A stretch of 64,000 bases of DNA from a virus. Below are positions 31,085-41,361 of this stretch, in pieces. The DNA is taken from positions 1 to 64,000 of IMG/VR virus record IMGVR_UViG_3300021378_000014; one strand, written 5' to 3'. The notes under the pieces are model-generated. The model was not told where the DNA came from and ran no database searches. It saw nothing but the letters and a program-made list of their open reading frames with translations. A program made the translations under genes and the position numbers. How positions within the stretch are numbered: position 1 is the first letter of the stretch; every line of letters begins with the position of its first letter.

Positions 31085-32592
31085 AGTGACAATTTTGTGA
31101 AATCTAAATCAGAACTACGCCCAGATCCAATTTCTTGTACAGTATTAATCCAATAAATAGTTTCTCCGCTAGATTGTACATTTTGTAATGTACGTTCTTC
31201 TTTGCTATTTCTAACGTACATACATATTATTAAAGCTTTTTTATTTTCTTCTAAAGGATTAATACGAATAGCTCTACCAAGTCGTTGAATAAACTGACTA
31301 GGATTAGACGTAAGAGATGTAATTATAGCTAAATTAAGTCCAGGCATATTACTACCTTTGTCGAGTGCTGATGCGCTCATGATTACTCTAGCAACACCAG
31401 TTAATACAGCTTTAAGTATTAAGGTTTTTAGTACTTTAGTACCAAATAATTTAACTTCACCGTATTTTTGACTACTTTTAGTAGTATATGTAATATAAGG
31501 CCCACTACCAAATAACGTAGGACTACCGGCTTCATCTTGACGAAGAGGTCGACTTTCTAAATTACTATGATAAGCTACAGAAACAATACCTTCGTTATTT
31601 AATTTAGCTGTTACGTTATCTGCAAAATCAGTCGATTGACCAAATCCAATAATTCTTGCTTTAGGTATAGCTTTGGCAATATCAATAAATAAATTTATTT
31701 TATTACTAGCTTGCCATAAAATCTTATTTCTAATTTTAATATAACGAAATAATTCTTTGGCATAACCCATTACAAGATTAGGTGTCCATTGACTTAATAC
31801 TTTTAATGCATACTCTTGAGTAGCTTTATTTGCTGGTATAGTACCATCTGCAATTTGAGCTAAATCCGGTCGCCATCCTAAATGACTAGCCCACATAATA
31901 GAACATTCATAAGCACTATGATCATTACCTTTATCGTCTTTATGTCCAGATAAACATCTAGCAGCAAATTCAAAGTTATTATTAAATTTGCTTAGAGCTT
32001 TATCAATTACATCGCTAGCATGACTATACGCCTGTTCTTCTTCTTCAGTTAAATCAACTCCAAGATTATATATCTCGTAGTTACTAATCCAACCTTTTTC
32101 AATAGCCTCTTCTGTTGTTATTACATCAACAGTTGGATAAAGTTTTACAAATTCAGTATCTCGTTTTTGTTTATCAGCTGGTGTGGCACTAAGCCATAAC
32201 AACCAATTAAACTTAATCCAAGTGCCATTCCAAATATTACTTCTTCCAGCAGCAAAATATTCATCTACTTCATCAAGAATAAGAAGATCACAACTATATT
32301 GTAATCCTTTAGCTTGAAATGCTTGTACAGTATCTACATAAATTCTCCCTCGAAATTCGGGGATAAGTTTATCAATTTCATTACGCCATTGTGTACGTAA
32401 ATTATCAAATGGTACAACTACAATAACTCGAGTATTTGGTTTTTTAAGCAACATTTTACGAGCAGCTACAAATAGCGCTGTAAAAGTTTTCCCAAATCCT
32501 GTAGGACATTGAATACCGCCTTTACCTTTATGCCATATCCATTTAGTAATTGTTTCCTCTTGCCGAAATAACTTACTTTCATCTATCTTCAT
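31081..32592 (-). CDS. SF2 (DEAD/DEAH-like) helicase
   Basis: CPTGFGKT, LILDEVD, LSATP, QRLGRAIR. Confidence 0.92.
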   Translation of the reverse strand: MKIDESKLFRQEETITKWIWHKGKGGIQCPTGFGKTFTALFVAARKMLLKKPNTRVIVVVPFDNLRTQWRNEIDKLIPEFRGRIYVDTVQAFQAKGLQYSCDLLILDEVDEYFAAGRSNIWNGTWIKFNWLLWLSATPADKQKRDTEFVKLYPTVDVITTEEAIEKGWISNYEIYNLGVDLTEEEEQAYSHASDVIDKALSKFNNNFEFAARCLSGHKDDKGNDHSAYECSIMWASHLGWRPDLAQIADGTIPANKATQEYALKVLSQWTPNLVMGYAKELFRYIKIRNKILWQASNKINLFIDIAKAIPKARIIGFGQSTDFADNVTAKLNNEGIVSVAYHSNLESRPLRQDEAGSPTLFGSGPYITYTTKSSQKYGEVKLFGTKVLKTLILKAVLTGVARVIMSASALDKGSNMPGLNLAIITSLTSNPSQFIQRLGRAIRINPLEENKKALIICMYVRNSKEERTLQNVQSSGETIYWINTVQEIGSGRSSDLDFTKLSL

Positions 32593-32915
32593 AAGTCATA
32601 AACTTTAGCGTAATGGGCAAAATCTTTAACTGGTAAAAACATAGCAATAACATCACGTGGATTATTACAAACTTTTAAATCAGTTATAAGATTACTAACA
32701 GTAATTTGTACTTCTTCTTTAGTAAGGTTATTATAATCTTCGATAAAAATACAAGCATTATGTTTATAATATTGTAAACATATGTGAAAAGTATAATAAT
32801 CACCGTAACGTTTATTATTCCATATACTATACGTAATGGATGTAGTAATATTACTATTATCAAAAATACGATTTAACTCTTTTTGTAACAGTTTTTGTTG
32901 CGTTAAACTTAACAT
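32589..32915 (-). CDS. Hypothetical protein
   Basis: ORF coupled to the helicase gene. Confidence 0.65.
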   Translation of the reverse strand: MLSLTQQKLLQKELNRIFDNSNITTSITYSIWNNKRYGDYYTFHICLQYYKHNACIFIEDYNNLTKEEVQITVSNLITDLKVCNNPRDVIAMFLPVKDFAHYAKVYDL

Positions 32916-32921
32916 CAGTTT

Positions 32922-35366
32922 TTATTTTGTCCATGTATCTAATACTTCATAATCACATCCCATCTTATAATGTTTAAGATAACGATTAGCAGCATTAGTC
33001 ATAGTATTTTTAACAAATTCAGGATAATTACATTTAATAACATCACCTGTTTCCAGATATTTATCTAAATCTTTGTGTTTAGATATATCTACTGTTTGCA
33101 GTACACTTTTATTTGGTTGTAATTGTTTTTTTACAGTATCATTACACCAATATAAAGTAGGTTTAATTAACGGTTTCTCAAAACGAGAAACTAATTCATC
33201 ATGTACCATTCCAGGTACAGTAGCTTTAATTTGTAAACGTTTAAGTGCATAACTAAGCTCTACTATGCTTTCTTTCATCATATCAGCTTGAGTTCCTTGA
33301 AACGGAGCATTAGCAGCTGCACCACTAACTTCAGAAAGTAATCTCCAACTAGGCTCTTCGTTATTTTTATAACAACGAATAAGCTCTGGAAACCAAATAC
33401 GACTATTAGTTCTAGTATTTAGAACTAAATAACCTTGATTAATTGCTTTTCCTATGTTAGAATCTACAAAAGCAAATGTAGCGGGAATTGCATTTTTAAT
33501 TGATTGGATGCCAACAGCACCCTCATCTTTTGATATATTAAGCGTTTGACCAGCTTTATCCGCTTTCATTTGATAAATAGTACCAAATGTCATTGGTTTA
33601 AAAGCAGTACGTAAATCTTTATTTACGCTTTTATTAATTTCAAACGTTTGAGCATTACGCCAATCTGCTTTAATATCAGTATTTTTTAAACTAAAAGTAT
33701 CAAGAAGAGCTTTAGCGTAAGTACTATGTTGTAATTTAAAAAACATAGTAGGATTAGTCCAAATACCGCATTTATAACCAGCGCGATACCAAAATATATC
33801 TCTCCATGTAGCTTGCGCTATTGGACTATGCGCATCATCATTAATAACAGCCCATTCATACAGTTGTTTATCGTGAGCAAAGTCACATACTATTGTAACT
33901 TCTGCCCCTGATAGATCCGCTGTAAGTACAAATTCATCAGCACTACCGCGAAAACAATTTCTAATACGTTTTTCTCGTGGTATATTTTGTATATTAATTT
34001 TATCTGGAAGCATTGTACCACCACCAGATTGATAACGTCCTGTTTTAGCAGTATCTGTTCGATATTGTGTATGTATTAAACCTGTAACTTCACTTATTTT
34101 AGCCATAAAACCAGCACCGTAAGTTTGAAGTTGTTTAGTTACTTTACGATGTTTAATAAGAATACGCAATAAACTGTTACCTTTAGAGTGTGGTAATTCT
34201 ATTGCCATTGCTTCAAGAGCACCCTCTTTAGTAGTATATTTACGAGCTTTATCGTCAATACACCATTTTGCTCCACCTTTGAGTGATTTTTTGTAAAATG
34301 TAGGTACGTGATATGGTACTCTACGATCATCAGTCGGTAGTTCAAATTTAAGTCTACCAAATAAATACTTTACTTCATCACTACTACCCCAATTAATAAC
34401 ATTGGTAGATTTAACATTCTTATTACTGGGAGAGATGTCATCAAACAGACTATTCTGCGTAAAAGTATAATTACTACGATTATTATCGTATTTTTTTCCT
34501 TTTATATATATAGCTTCATCTTTAGATAAAATAGTATCTCTAAGTCTACGAAACTCTGTATCTAAGTCAATTTCTAATTGAAATTGCTTAGTTTTATTTT
34601 CTTCTATCATTGTAAGCCACTGCTCACAATCAAGATAAAAACCACTAAGTTCCATATCACCAACAGCCCAAGGTTGTTGTCTACCAATTTCATCAATATA
34701 AAACTCTAAATTATACTTTGCAATGTCATATTTCTGTTGATCATAAATAGCTATTAGCCATTCAATATCTTCAGCTAAATAATTAAGATGTTGAAGTTCA
34801 ATTGTATATCTATTTTTAGGTATACCGATAAATTGATCTCTTACATCTTTATCTAGTTCAATTGAATATTTCTTAAATCTACGTTTAAGTAATGCAGCAA
34901 GACTAAAACTAAATCCCATTTGATTACTAACTGATTTACCACAACCTTGCCATATTTTTTGATCAGCGATCATAGTACAATACCAGTTATCAATTATAAC
35001 ATTACAATTATAATTAAGAATAGTATAATCGTATTTAGCATTATGAGCTACATATTTGATAGTTGGTAAAATAAAAGATTCAATATTGTAAATAGATACA
35101 ACATCTAATATATAAACAATATTTTTATTACCAATACCAAGTAATAATACATCGTTCATTAACGGATCAAGTCCATTGCATTCAGTATCTAATCCTGCAA
35201 TAGTATTATTTTGATACCAATCAAGTATTTCTTTACGTCCAGTATCTTCAGTTACTACTTCTATATTATTTACACTATTAAAGTGCTTATAGCTAGAATT
35301 ATTAGTTACTAAAATTATCTGCTGCCCGGCTTGAACGTCCGAGAAAAGCGGGTCTAAATCGTTCAT
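32922..35366 (-). CDS. polA: Family A DNA polymerase with 3'-5' exonuclease
   Basis: Exo motifs GLDTEC, AHNAKYD, YLAEDI; motif A ADLSGAE; motif B RTAFKPMTFGTIY; motif C VHDEL. Start moved to MNDLDP (35366), downstream of a terminator. Confidence 0.92.
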   Translation of the reverse strand: MNDLDPLFSDVQAGQQIILVTNNSSYKHFNSVNNIEVVTEDTGRKEILDWYQNNTIAGLDTECNGLDPLMNDVLLLGIGNKNIVYILDVVSIYNIESFILPTIKYVAHNAKYDYTILNYNCNVIIDNWYCTMIADQKIWQGCGKSVSNQMGFSFSLAALLKRRFKKYSIELDKDVRDQFIGIPKNRYTIELQHLNYLAEDIEWLIAIYDQQKYDIAKYNLEFYIDEIGRQQPWAVGDMELSGFYLDCEQWLTMIEENKTKQFQLEIDLDTEFRRLRDTILSKDEAIYIKGKKYDNNRSNYTFTQNSLFDDISPSNKNVKSTNVINWGSSDEVKYLFGRLKFELPTDDRRVPYHVPTFYKKSLKGGAKWCIDDKARKYTTKEGALEAMAIELPHSKGNSLLRILIKHRKVTKQLQTYGAGFMAKISEVTGLIHTQYRTDTAKTGRYQSGGGTMLPDKINIQNIPREKRIRNCFRGSADEFVLTADLSGAEVTIVCDFAHDKQLYEWAVINDDAHSPIAQATWRDIFWYRAGYKCGIWTNPTMFFKLQHSTYAKALLDTFSLKNTDIKADWRNAQTFEINKSVNKDLRTAFKPMTFGTIYQMKADKAGQTLNISKDEGAVGIQSIKNAIPATFAFVDSNIGKAINQGYLVLNTRTNSRIWFPELIRCYKNNEEPSWRLLSEVSGAAANAPFQGTQADMMKESIVELSYALKRLQIKATVPGMVHDELVSRFEKPLIKPTLYWCNDTVKKQLQPNKSVLQTVDISKHKDLDKYLETGDVIKCNYPEFVKNTMTNAANRYLKHYKMGCDYEVLDTWTK

Positions 35367-35393
35367 AGCTTGTTTTGAGTTGTTGTATTGAAA

Positions 35394-35430
35394 TAAAAAG
35401 GGGTTACTAGTAGTATATACCAGCAACCCC
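35394..35430 (-). terminator. Intrinsic terminator upstream of polA
   Basis: Minus strand GGGGTTGCTGG...CTAGTAACCCC followed by TTTTT. Confidence 0.7.
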
Positions 35431-35446
35431 ATAAAAGCCATTAAAA

Positions 35447-35851
35447 CTAAAAATTTACAGTAATTCGCCGCATGAACTCGGCAGCAATATCAGCTTTACT
35501 AACAAAACCATAAAAGAATATAGTATTGTTAGCGTGATCTACTCTTATCTTACCTATAATACCATCTTCTAGTTTAATACTAGCTATAATCATAGCCATT
35601 TCGGTAGATGGAAAATCAAGAGAACTTACTTGAATGTAATTTACTGATTCAATAGCAGTATAAAAACAAATTTGCTTGTTGTTACTTATAATAGAGACAT
35701 CACAATTACGTGATAGATCAATTATAAGATATGTATTACTTGTTGTACTATTCCCCAGAATTATTGTCGGCTCTTTCGCCATTAACTGCGAGAATAAGGT
35801 CTGACTCAAGAACAATAGAATTGCTATCGTCATTAACTTTAAGTTTTGCAT
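35447..35851 (-). CDS. Secreted hypothetical protein
   Basis: MQNLKLMTIAILLFLSQTLFS|Q: Sec signal with Gln at +1 (Bacteroidota Q-rule). Confidence 0.6.
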   Translation of the reverse strand: MQNLKLMTIAILLFLSQTLFSQLMAKEPTIILGNSTTSNTYLIIDLSRNCDVSIISNNKQICFYTAIESVNYIQVSSLDFPSTEMAMIIASIKLEDGIIGKIRVDHANNTIFFYGFVSKADIAAEFMRRITVNF

Positions 35852-36404
35852 TGCTTTTATTTTTACGTTGTTTTTCAATAAAATAGTGTGTCCCACTATT
35901 AATGCGACTAGCAGTTAAAGCTTTAAGTTCAGCTTTAAGTTGTGTACTTTTATTAGGATCTTCGTTAGTTTTAAGTACGGTTTCTGCTGCAGCAATTAAC
36001 GCTTGATGTTCTGTGTTTGTAGTATATCTTTTTTGTAAACTAAGTAATGCATCCATACCTTTTGGTACGACATACATACTTGTAACTCCATTACCATAAG
36101 TAGCAATAACTACATGACTAGGAAGATCATTCCAATCAGTAATTCCGAGGTCAGCAGCTAATCTCATAGCTGCTGAAGTTTTCTTATATTGATTAAGAAA
36201 GGATTTCATTGTACCTTTACTTACATAAACAGCTGCTTCCATTTTTACAAGTAAATCACATTCTGTTTTGTATCGACGTACAACTACACCGGCCATAGGG
36301 CCAGTAGTAATACGAATACACTTTTTCTTTTCAATTACCATTGTTTGTTTAATTGTGTAAATATGATTAAATAATTTGATCAAGTCCATTAACAATAAAC
36401 TCAA
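35748..36404 (-). CDS. Hypothetical protein
   Basis: ORF in the operon; the true start is probably MVIEKK. Confidence 0.65.
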   Translation of the reverse strand: MSLLLMDLIKLFNHIYTIKQTMVIEKKKCIRITTGPMAGVVVRRYKTECDLLVKMEAAVYVSKGTMKSFLNQYKKTSAAMRLAADLGITDWNDLPSHVVIATYGNGVTSMYVVPKGMDALLSLQKRYTTNTEHQALIAAAETVLKTNEDPNKSTQLKAELKALTASRINSGTHYFIEKQRKNKSNAKLKVNDDSNSIVLESDLILAVNGERADNNSGE

Positions 36405-36687
36405 GTTTAGAGTTTAGTGTATTTAATGCGTCAGCAATATCTGATAATTTATGAATAGCACTATTACCAGGTAGCGGTTTTAGGGGTTTATCTGCTAACG
36501 CCATAGTTTCTCTAAATATTTCAGACACATCTCCAAGATGATTTGTAATATCATCTACAATTTCTGACGTTGTATTGATTTTATCAGAAATAATAGTAAT
36601 AAATCCTGTTAAATTAATCGGTTCACAATTTACAAGAATATCATGATCTGTTTGTAGTTGTGGTTGTGATTCTGCTTTATTTTTCAT
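36367..36687 (-). CDS. Hypothetical helical protein
   Basis: 106-aa ORF. Confidence 0.65.
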   Translation of the reverse strand: MKNKAESQPQLQTDHDILVNCEPINLTGFITIISDKINTTSEIVDDITNHLGDVSEIFRETMALADKPLKPLPGNSAIHKLSDIADALNTLNSKLEFIVNGLDQII

Positions 36688-36693
36688 TGTATC

Positions 36694-37206
36694 TTAATAT
36701 GCATATTCATGTCTACCACTACGATTAGTTTGGTATTTACTACGAATATAAGTTATAAATTTATGATTAGTTGCAATAGCTGGATTATAAAACCAGTATG
36801 TACTGGTTGGGAACGTATGTGACTTCTTTCCCAGTAATAGAGAAGTGGCTAGAGTTAGCACCTCATTACTTATTACTTTATTATAATTAGTAGTTCTATA
36901 ACCATTAAATTGGCTACGTTGAGTTACTACTCCATGTACAGTGTTAGGCCATTTGTTAGAACGCATACGGTTAAGTACCGTCTCCATTACTAACGTCATA
37001 CCTAGCATACCTTCACCGATAGCTTCGCCTTGAGCTATTCTGGCGAGTATTTTGATTTCAGCTTCTGTTTGTACAGAAAGCGCAGTAACGAATATAGTTA
37101 CACTTGTGTAACTATAGATTTCATCAACTGCAGGTTCATTACTAACACTAGAAGCTAAAATAGCTACTAAAATTAGTAATGCAAAGATAATATTTGCATT
37201 TCTCAT
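36694..37206 (-). CDS. SleB/CwlJ-like cell wall hydrolase (Hydrolase_2) with signal peptide
   Basis: LARIAQGEAIGE...VLNRMRS..WPNTVHGVVTQRSQF, WFYNP, GRHEY; hydrophobic N-terminus. Confidence 0.9.
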   Translation of the reverse strand: MRNANIIFALLILVAILASSVSNEPAVDEIYSYTSVTIFVTALSVQTEAEIKILARIAQGEAIGEGMLGMTLVMETVLNRMRSNKWPNTVHGVVTQRSQFNGYRTTNYNKVISNEVLTLATSLLLGKKSHTFPTSTYWFYNPAIATNHKFITYIRSKYQTNRSGRHEYAY

Positions 37207-37211
37207 TTTAA

Positions 37212-37550
37212 TTAATTAAGTTCATATGTTGAGATATACACACGTTGCATATCTTTTTTTCTTTCGTCAGATAGTACAGTAAAATACCAATGATGAAGAG
37301 TGGGAGGGTTCCCAAACATGGCTGTAACCATGCTAGTTTCTTCATCATCGGTATTAGCAAATAGAGGATTATAGTTATTTATATAAGAAACGTAATCTTC
37401 CAAATCCTCCGGTTCTAGTATTACACGAGTTTCTAAATAGTATAAACCATTTGGAAATCTAATGTAAGGTTTAGCTATTACTTGATCGTATTGCCAATTA
37501 GTAATAACTAATTTATTCTTAGACATAGATAATACTTTTCTCTTTAGCAC
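37212..37550 (-). CDS. Hypothetical protein
   Basis: ORF in the operon. Confidence 0.6.
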   Translation of the reverse strand: MLKRKVLSMSKNKLVITNWQYDQVIAKPYIRFPNGLYYLETRVILEPEDLEDYVSYINNYNPLFANTDDEETSMVTAMFGNPPTLHHWYFTVLSDERKKDMQRVYISTYELN

Positions 37551-39051
37551 GACTAAGTGCTACGTATAAAAGATTAAAATATTGTATCTTTTTTATACGT
37601 AGTTCTTCATCTCCAACTTTAAGTCGAATTGCAATATTTTTACCATCAACAAAACTATTGCTGTAAGTACTACCTTGTGATTTATGGGTAGTGATTACGT
37701 AGCCATAATCTATATCTTTTTTAGGTAAATTTTTAAGAACAATATTATTAGCTTTAGCGTATTTAGCTACAGGACTAGTTTTATAATCATTAAAACTATC
37801 AAGTAATAAATAATTTTTACGCCATTTAAAATATTCAACCCAAGCTCTACCTTTTTGGGTACGAGCAGTATAATGAATACTTTCATGCAATAAAGCAAAA
37901 TTATCATACGATTCAGGTTTAACAATATTTAACCAAGGAGTTAGTTCTTGATTACCTGTGTTTTGTAATTGTACTTGCCATGATTTAATAGCGTCTTTAT
38001 CGTTATGTTCTAATTTAACTACTTCGTATTCTTGTGAATTAGTTACAATTTCACTTCCTTTTCCTGCAGATACAGTAGTGTAACACATCAATAAATCGTT
38101 AAGTGTTATAATCTCATCAGTACCAATAATGGCACTACGTACTATGTTATTCCATTCTTTTACTGATTCATTAGTAAAAGTACAAAGTCTTGCGTAATTA
38201 GGATCAAATTTAAACTGTTCATTGCCAAATGTATCTAATACTTTATCTGTAAAATACTTTTTATCTCTAGTAAATTCATACCCTTGTCCATATTGATTAT
38301 AAATCATTGAGTGATTAATACAAATGTATCGAAAGAGATGTTCACGGATTAATTGACCTCTATCGTCACGATCATTATTTACACGTAAGAAATTAAAACC
38401 AGGTACAAGATGTTCAGCACTTTCTGTAAATTTAGCGTATTCATCTGTATTAAAACCACTAGTAAGAGTAGTAATATCACAACGTATAGCGTTAGCTAGA
38501 AATACCAATGGATTATCGGGTTTCTGACGTACTGGTTGTCTTAATTCAAATATATAATCAGATAGTATAAATACAGGACTAGCAGCTTCACCAACAGGAG
38601 GTACTTGATAACCATCACCAATAAACAGAATTTTAGTCTTAAATCGGTATGCTAGTTCTTTAATAAATTCAAACAGTTCAGTATTAATCATACTAGCTTC
38701 GTCAATCAGAAGCAGTTTATATAATCCCATTTGTGGCTCATTTCTACGAGCAAACTTTGGGTTATTTATATCGAAATTGTCAAGTAAAGTATTAGGAGCA
38801 AGACCACAAAGAGCTTGTACAGTAACAGCTTCAAGTCCAGTTACTAAACGTATAACATTCTTTGCTTTGTGAGTAGGTGCTGATACAGCAACTCCAAATT
38901 TATATTTAGAGTTCTTTGTAATTAGTTCAGACAAAAAAGTCTTACCAGTACCAGCAGGACCGATAAGACTACAAAGATAAGTATCAGTATCGTTATTAAT
39001 CCATTCAACTATCCTAGTTAGAGCAGTTTCCTGGTCATTGGTTAAAGTCAT
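37519..39051 (-). CDS. SF1B (Dda/RecD-like) helicase
   Basis: GPAGTGKT, SAPTHKA, IDEASM, GDGYQVPPV, TTHKSQGSTY, YVALSRA. Confidence 0.92.
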   Translation of the reverse strand: MTLTNDQETALTRIVEWINNDTDTYLCSLIGPAGTGKTFLSELITKNSKYKFGVAVSAPTHKAKNVIRLVTGLEAVTVQALCGLAPNTLLDNFDINNPKFARRNEPQMGLYKLLLIDEASMINTELFEFIKELAYRFKTKILFIGDGYQVPPVGEAASPVFILSDYIFELRQPVRQKPDNPLVFLANAIRCDITTLTSGFNTDEYAKFTESAEHLVPGFNFLRVNNDRDDRGQLIREHLFRYICINHSMIYNQYGQGYEFTRDKKYFTDKVLDTFGNEQFKFDPNYARLCTFTNESVKEWNNIVRSAIIGTDEIITLNDLLMCYTTVSAGKGSEIVTNSQEYEVVKLEHNDKDAIKSWQVQLQNTGNQELTPWLNIVKPESYDNFALLHESIHYTARTQKGRAWVEYFKWRKNYLLLDSFNDYKTSPVAKYAKANNIVLKNLPKKDIDYGYVITTHKSQGSTYSNSFVDGKNIAIRLKVGDEELRIKKIQYFNLLYVALSRAKEKSIIYV

Positions 39052-39066
39052 AATTTTGTTTATTAT

Positions 39067-39465
39067 TTAAAATGGCGTTTTATCCATTATATGTTCATTT
39101 AAAAATTTAAAAGCATAAGCAAGTGCTTGTAAATATATTTCACTTGTAGTATTAATTACAGGATATGGTTTTTGATAGGCTATATATAGTATATTAAGAT
39201 CAACATCAATATAGTCTAAATTACTATCTTGTGGTAATGTTCCTAACAATACATTATGTATAACAAATACATCGTAGTTATTTGCATAAATACTACAACA
39301 TATATTATGAGCATAGAGAAAGTCTATAAATATACCTATTTGATAATCAAAATCTAGTGCAAGAAAACTTGCAATAGGCATTTGACCAGCTTTATGCTGA
39401 GTATACCATTTTATAAATACTTCTCTTGTTTTAAGTAAAGTTCCAAGATACTTAGCGATATTCAT
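39067..39465 (-). CDS. Hypothetical protein
   Basis: ORF coupled to the RepL-like gene. Confidence 0.65.
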   Translation of the reverse strand: MNIAKYLGTLLKTREVFIKWYTQHKAGQMPIASFLALDFDYQIGIFIDFLYAHNICCSIYANNYDVFVIHNVLLGTLPQDSNLDYIDVDLNILYIAYQKPYPVINTTSEIYLQALAYAFKFLNEHIMDKTPF

Positions 39466-39926
39466 ATATCTAGTATTAACGGTTTAACATTTAAAAAATT
39501 ACCTTTAAACAAAATATTCGGATTAATCCAATATACTGTTTTTACTTTGATATGTTGAGCTATAATATCATTATCCTTAAGGTCTTTAATACCTCTAAAA
39601 TATTTATTACGTTCAATTGGAATATTATTGTTTAATACTATACAATCCCTTTCGTACTCTAAGTTTTTAAAGATATACCAAAAGACTTCAAGTCCAGCAC
39701 TATTAAGTTTTTCTATTTCATCAATAGAAAATATTTTAGTGAATGGTCTTTTATCAACTTCTTTTAATATAATAGTTTCACTATCAAGTTCAATTCCCGT
39801 TGCTCTTTCAAACACTTGAAAGTGCCCAAGTCTAAGTCTACCTGCTTCTATCTTTCCTACTTTGGTTTCTACAACAAACGGATTTGTTGTTCCAGTATCC
39901 ATTAATATTTTAAGGCTACTACTCAT
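39462..39926 (-). CDS. RepL-like winged-HTH replication protein
   Basis: YFRGIKDLKDNDII...YWINPNILFKG is the RepL-type C-terminal pattern. Confidence 0.7.
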   Translation of the reverse strand: MSSSLKILMDTGTTNPFVVETKVGKIEAGRLRLGHFQVFERATGIELDSETIILKEVDKRPFTKIFSIDEIEKLNSAGLEVFWYIFKNLEYERDCIVLNNNIPIERNKYFRGIKDLKDNDIIAQHIKVKTVYWINPNILFKGNFLNVKPLILDI

Positions 39927-39979
39927 TGCAGTATTAATTTTAACATTATTAATAATGTAAATTTACGAAATTTAGTTGT

Positions 39980-40018
39980 AAAAAGTGAGATTTCCGGCTA
40001 TCGAAAATCTCACTTTTT
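39980..40018. terminator. Long inverted repeat / bidirectional terminator
   Basis: AAAAAGTGAGATTT...AAATCTCACTTTTT. Confidence 0.7.
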
Positions 40019-40098
40019 GAACTTGAAAACTACTGATTATCAGCGAGTTATGAAGGTTTCCTTCTTAAAGAAGGGAGGGTGTAAAAATTAACACCAGT

Positions 40099-40539
40099 CT
40101 AATCTTCATCTTCATCATTAGAATCAGTTTCAGCTTCACCAGAATCAATATGATTTTCATGAAAAAACACTTGATTTTCGTGTTCATCATAGATACGTAT
40201 TGCTATTCTATTATCACCTTTAAGAAGAACCTGTAGTTCAATCTTTTCCTCAAAATATATAAATAAAGCTTTTCTTTTAAACTCTAGCCCTTTGAATATA
40301 GCATTATTAATAAGTTCGTAAATAGTTTCATTACGAACAATAATGGTTTGCGTATATTTCCAAAGTTCACGAGCACTAATACTAAAGTAACAATCCACGT
40401 ATTGCTTATTGTCACGTATCTTATTCTTATACTTAGTCGGTATACTAGTGATAGTTTTACTAGTTGTTTTTACAGCAGCTGTATTTTTAATTAACGGCGC
40501 TATGCTATTTGCTTTAGCGATAAGATTTTGTAAATCCAT
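40099..40539 (-). CDS. Hypothetical protein with acidic tail
   Basis: 146-aa ORF. Confidence 0.7.
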   Translation of the reverse strand: MDLQNLIAKANSIAPLIKNTAAVKTTSKTITSIPTKYKNKIRDNKQYVDCYFSISARELWKYTQTIIVRNETIYELINNAIFKGLEFKRKALFIYFEEKIELQVLLKGDNRIAIRIYDEHENQVFFHENHIDSGEAETDSNDEDED

Positions 40540-40615
40540 CGAGGTATATTTCTATTACTGGGAAAGATTAAGGCAGTCCTAACTTCTTTCCCAGTAATAA
40601 GAAAGGGCTGCTTAG

Positions 40616-40879
40616 TTATAACTTGATTACTGCGTTAGCAGTAGTTTTAAGCTTATACGTAGCTTTATTACGTTGTACAGTAAGCGGTTTACCAAATCTA
40701 GCTCTTTGCCATTGTTTAGGCGTAAGCTTAAAATGCATTATACCACTAGTTTTAAGTTCTTTATCTTCAAAGTGTTCGTATTGAGCTACCACATCTATGG
40801 CAGATGTAACTGGTTTTAAATAATTATAATTACTTCTTTCCAACTGCACCCCGCCCGTGGCATAATGCGCATTCTTCAT
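40616..40879 (-). CDS. Hypothetical protein
   Basis: Probable start MKNAHY, which minimises overlap with the Zn-finger gene. Confidence 0.55.
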   Translation of the reverse strand: MKNAHYATGGVQLERSNYNYLKPVTSAIDVVAQYEHFEDKELKTSGIMHFKLTPKQWQRARFGKPLTVQRNKATYKLKTTANAVIKL

Positions 40880-41021
40880 GTCTTCCTCTATTTCCACAAC
40901 AACTACATTTACCTCCAACAATTTTAGCCTTACAGCATTTACTGACTTGACCTCTACCGCCACAAATAAAACAAGTTGTTGCTTTGATTATTTCAATTAA
41001 ATTAGTTATAAGTTTAATCAT
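40830..41021 (-). CDS. Small Zn-finger protein with DnaJ-type CxxCxGxG repeats
   Basis: CFICGGRG, KCC, CSCC, CALCHGRG. Confidence 0.7.
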   Translation of the reverse strand: MIKLITNLIEIIKATTCFICGGRGQVSKCCKAKIVGGKCSCCGNRGRHEECALCHGRGAVGKK

Positions 41022-41127
41022 GGTTTATTGATTAATAATGCCGACTTCAACAATCAAGTCAAAGCCGGCATAAGTTTATTACTATCGGTCACCAATACTC
41101 ATACCAGTACTGGTAATGATGTCATAT

Positions 41128-41361
41128 TCACCCATGTTGTTTAGGTTTACGGAGTTTTTGCTTAAATTTAAACGTATCTCCTTCCTTGATTAATTTATTA
41201 AGATGTTCTTTTGCAGCTTCAGACGTACGAAAGCCATTTGCAGGTTGATTTGCTATATCAGCATTACTTACGTTTTGTTGAATAGCGAAAGAACTAGTAT
41301 TATTTTTCTTAATTACTTTAATGTAAAAAGGAATTGCAAATACACGCTTTTCGTTTTTCAT
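41128..41361 (-). CDS. Small basic hypothetical protein
   Basis: Stop/start overlap with the upstream ORF. Confidence 0.6.
   Translation of the reverse strand: MKNEKRVFAIPFYIKVIKKNNTSSFAIQQNVSNADIANQPANGFRTSEAAKEHLNKLIKEGDTFKFKQKLRKPKQHG

Noticed and set aside
35367-35441. N-terminal extensions of polA and of primase (26607-26642) given in the ORF track
   Set aside because: Both run through intrinsic terminators; downstream ATGs are more plausible.
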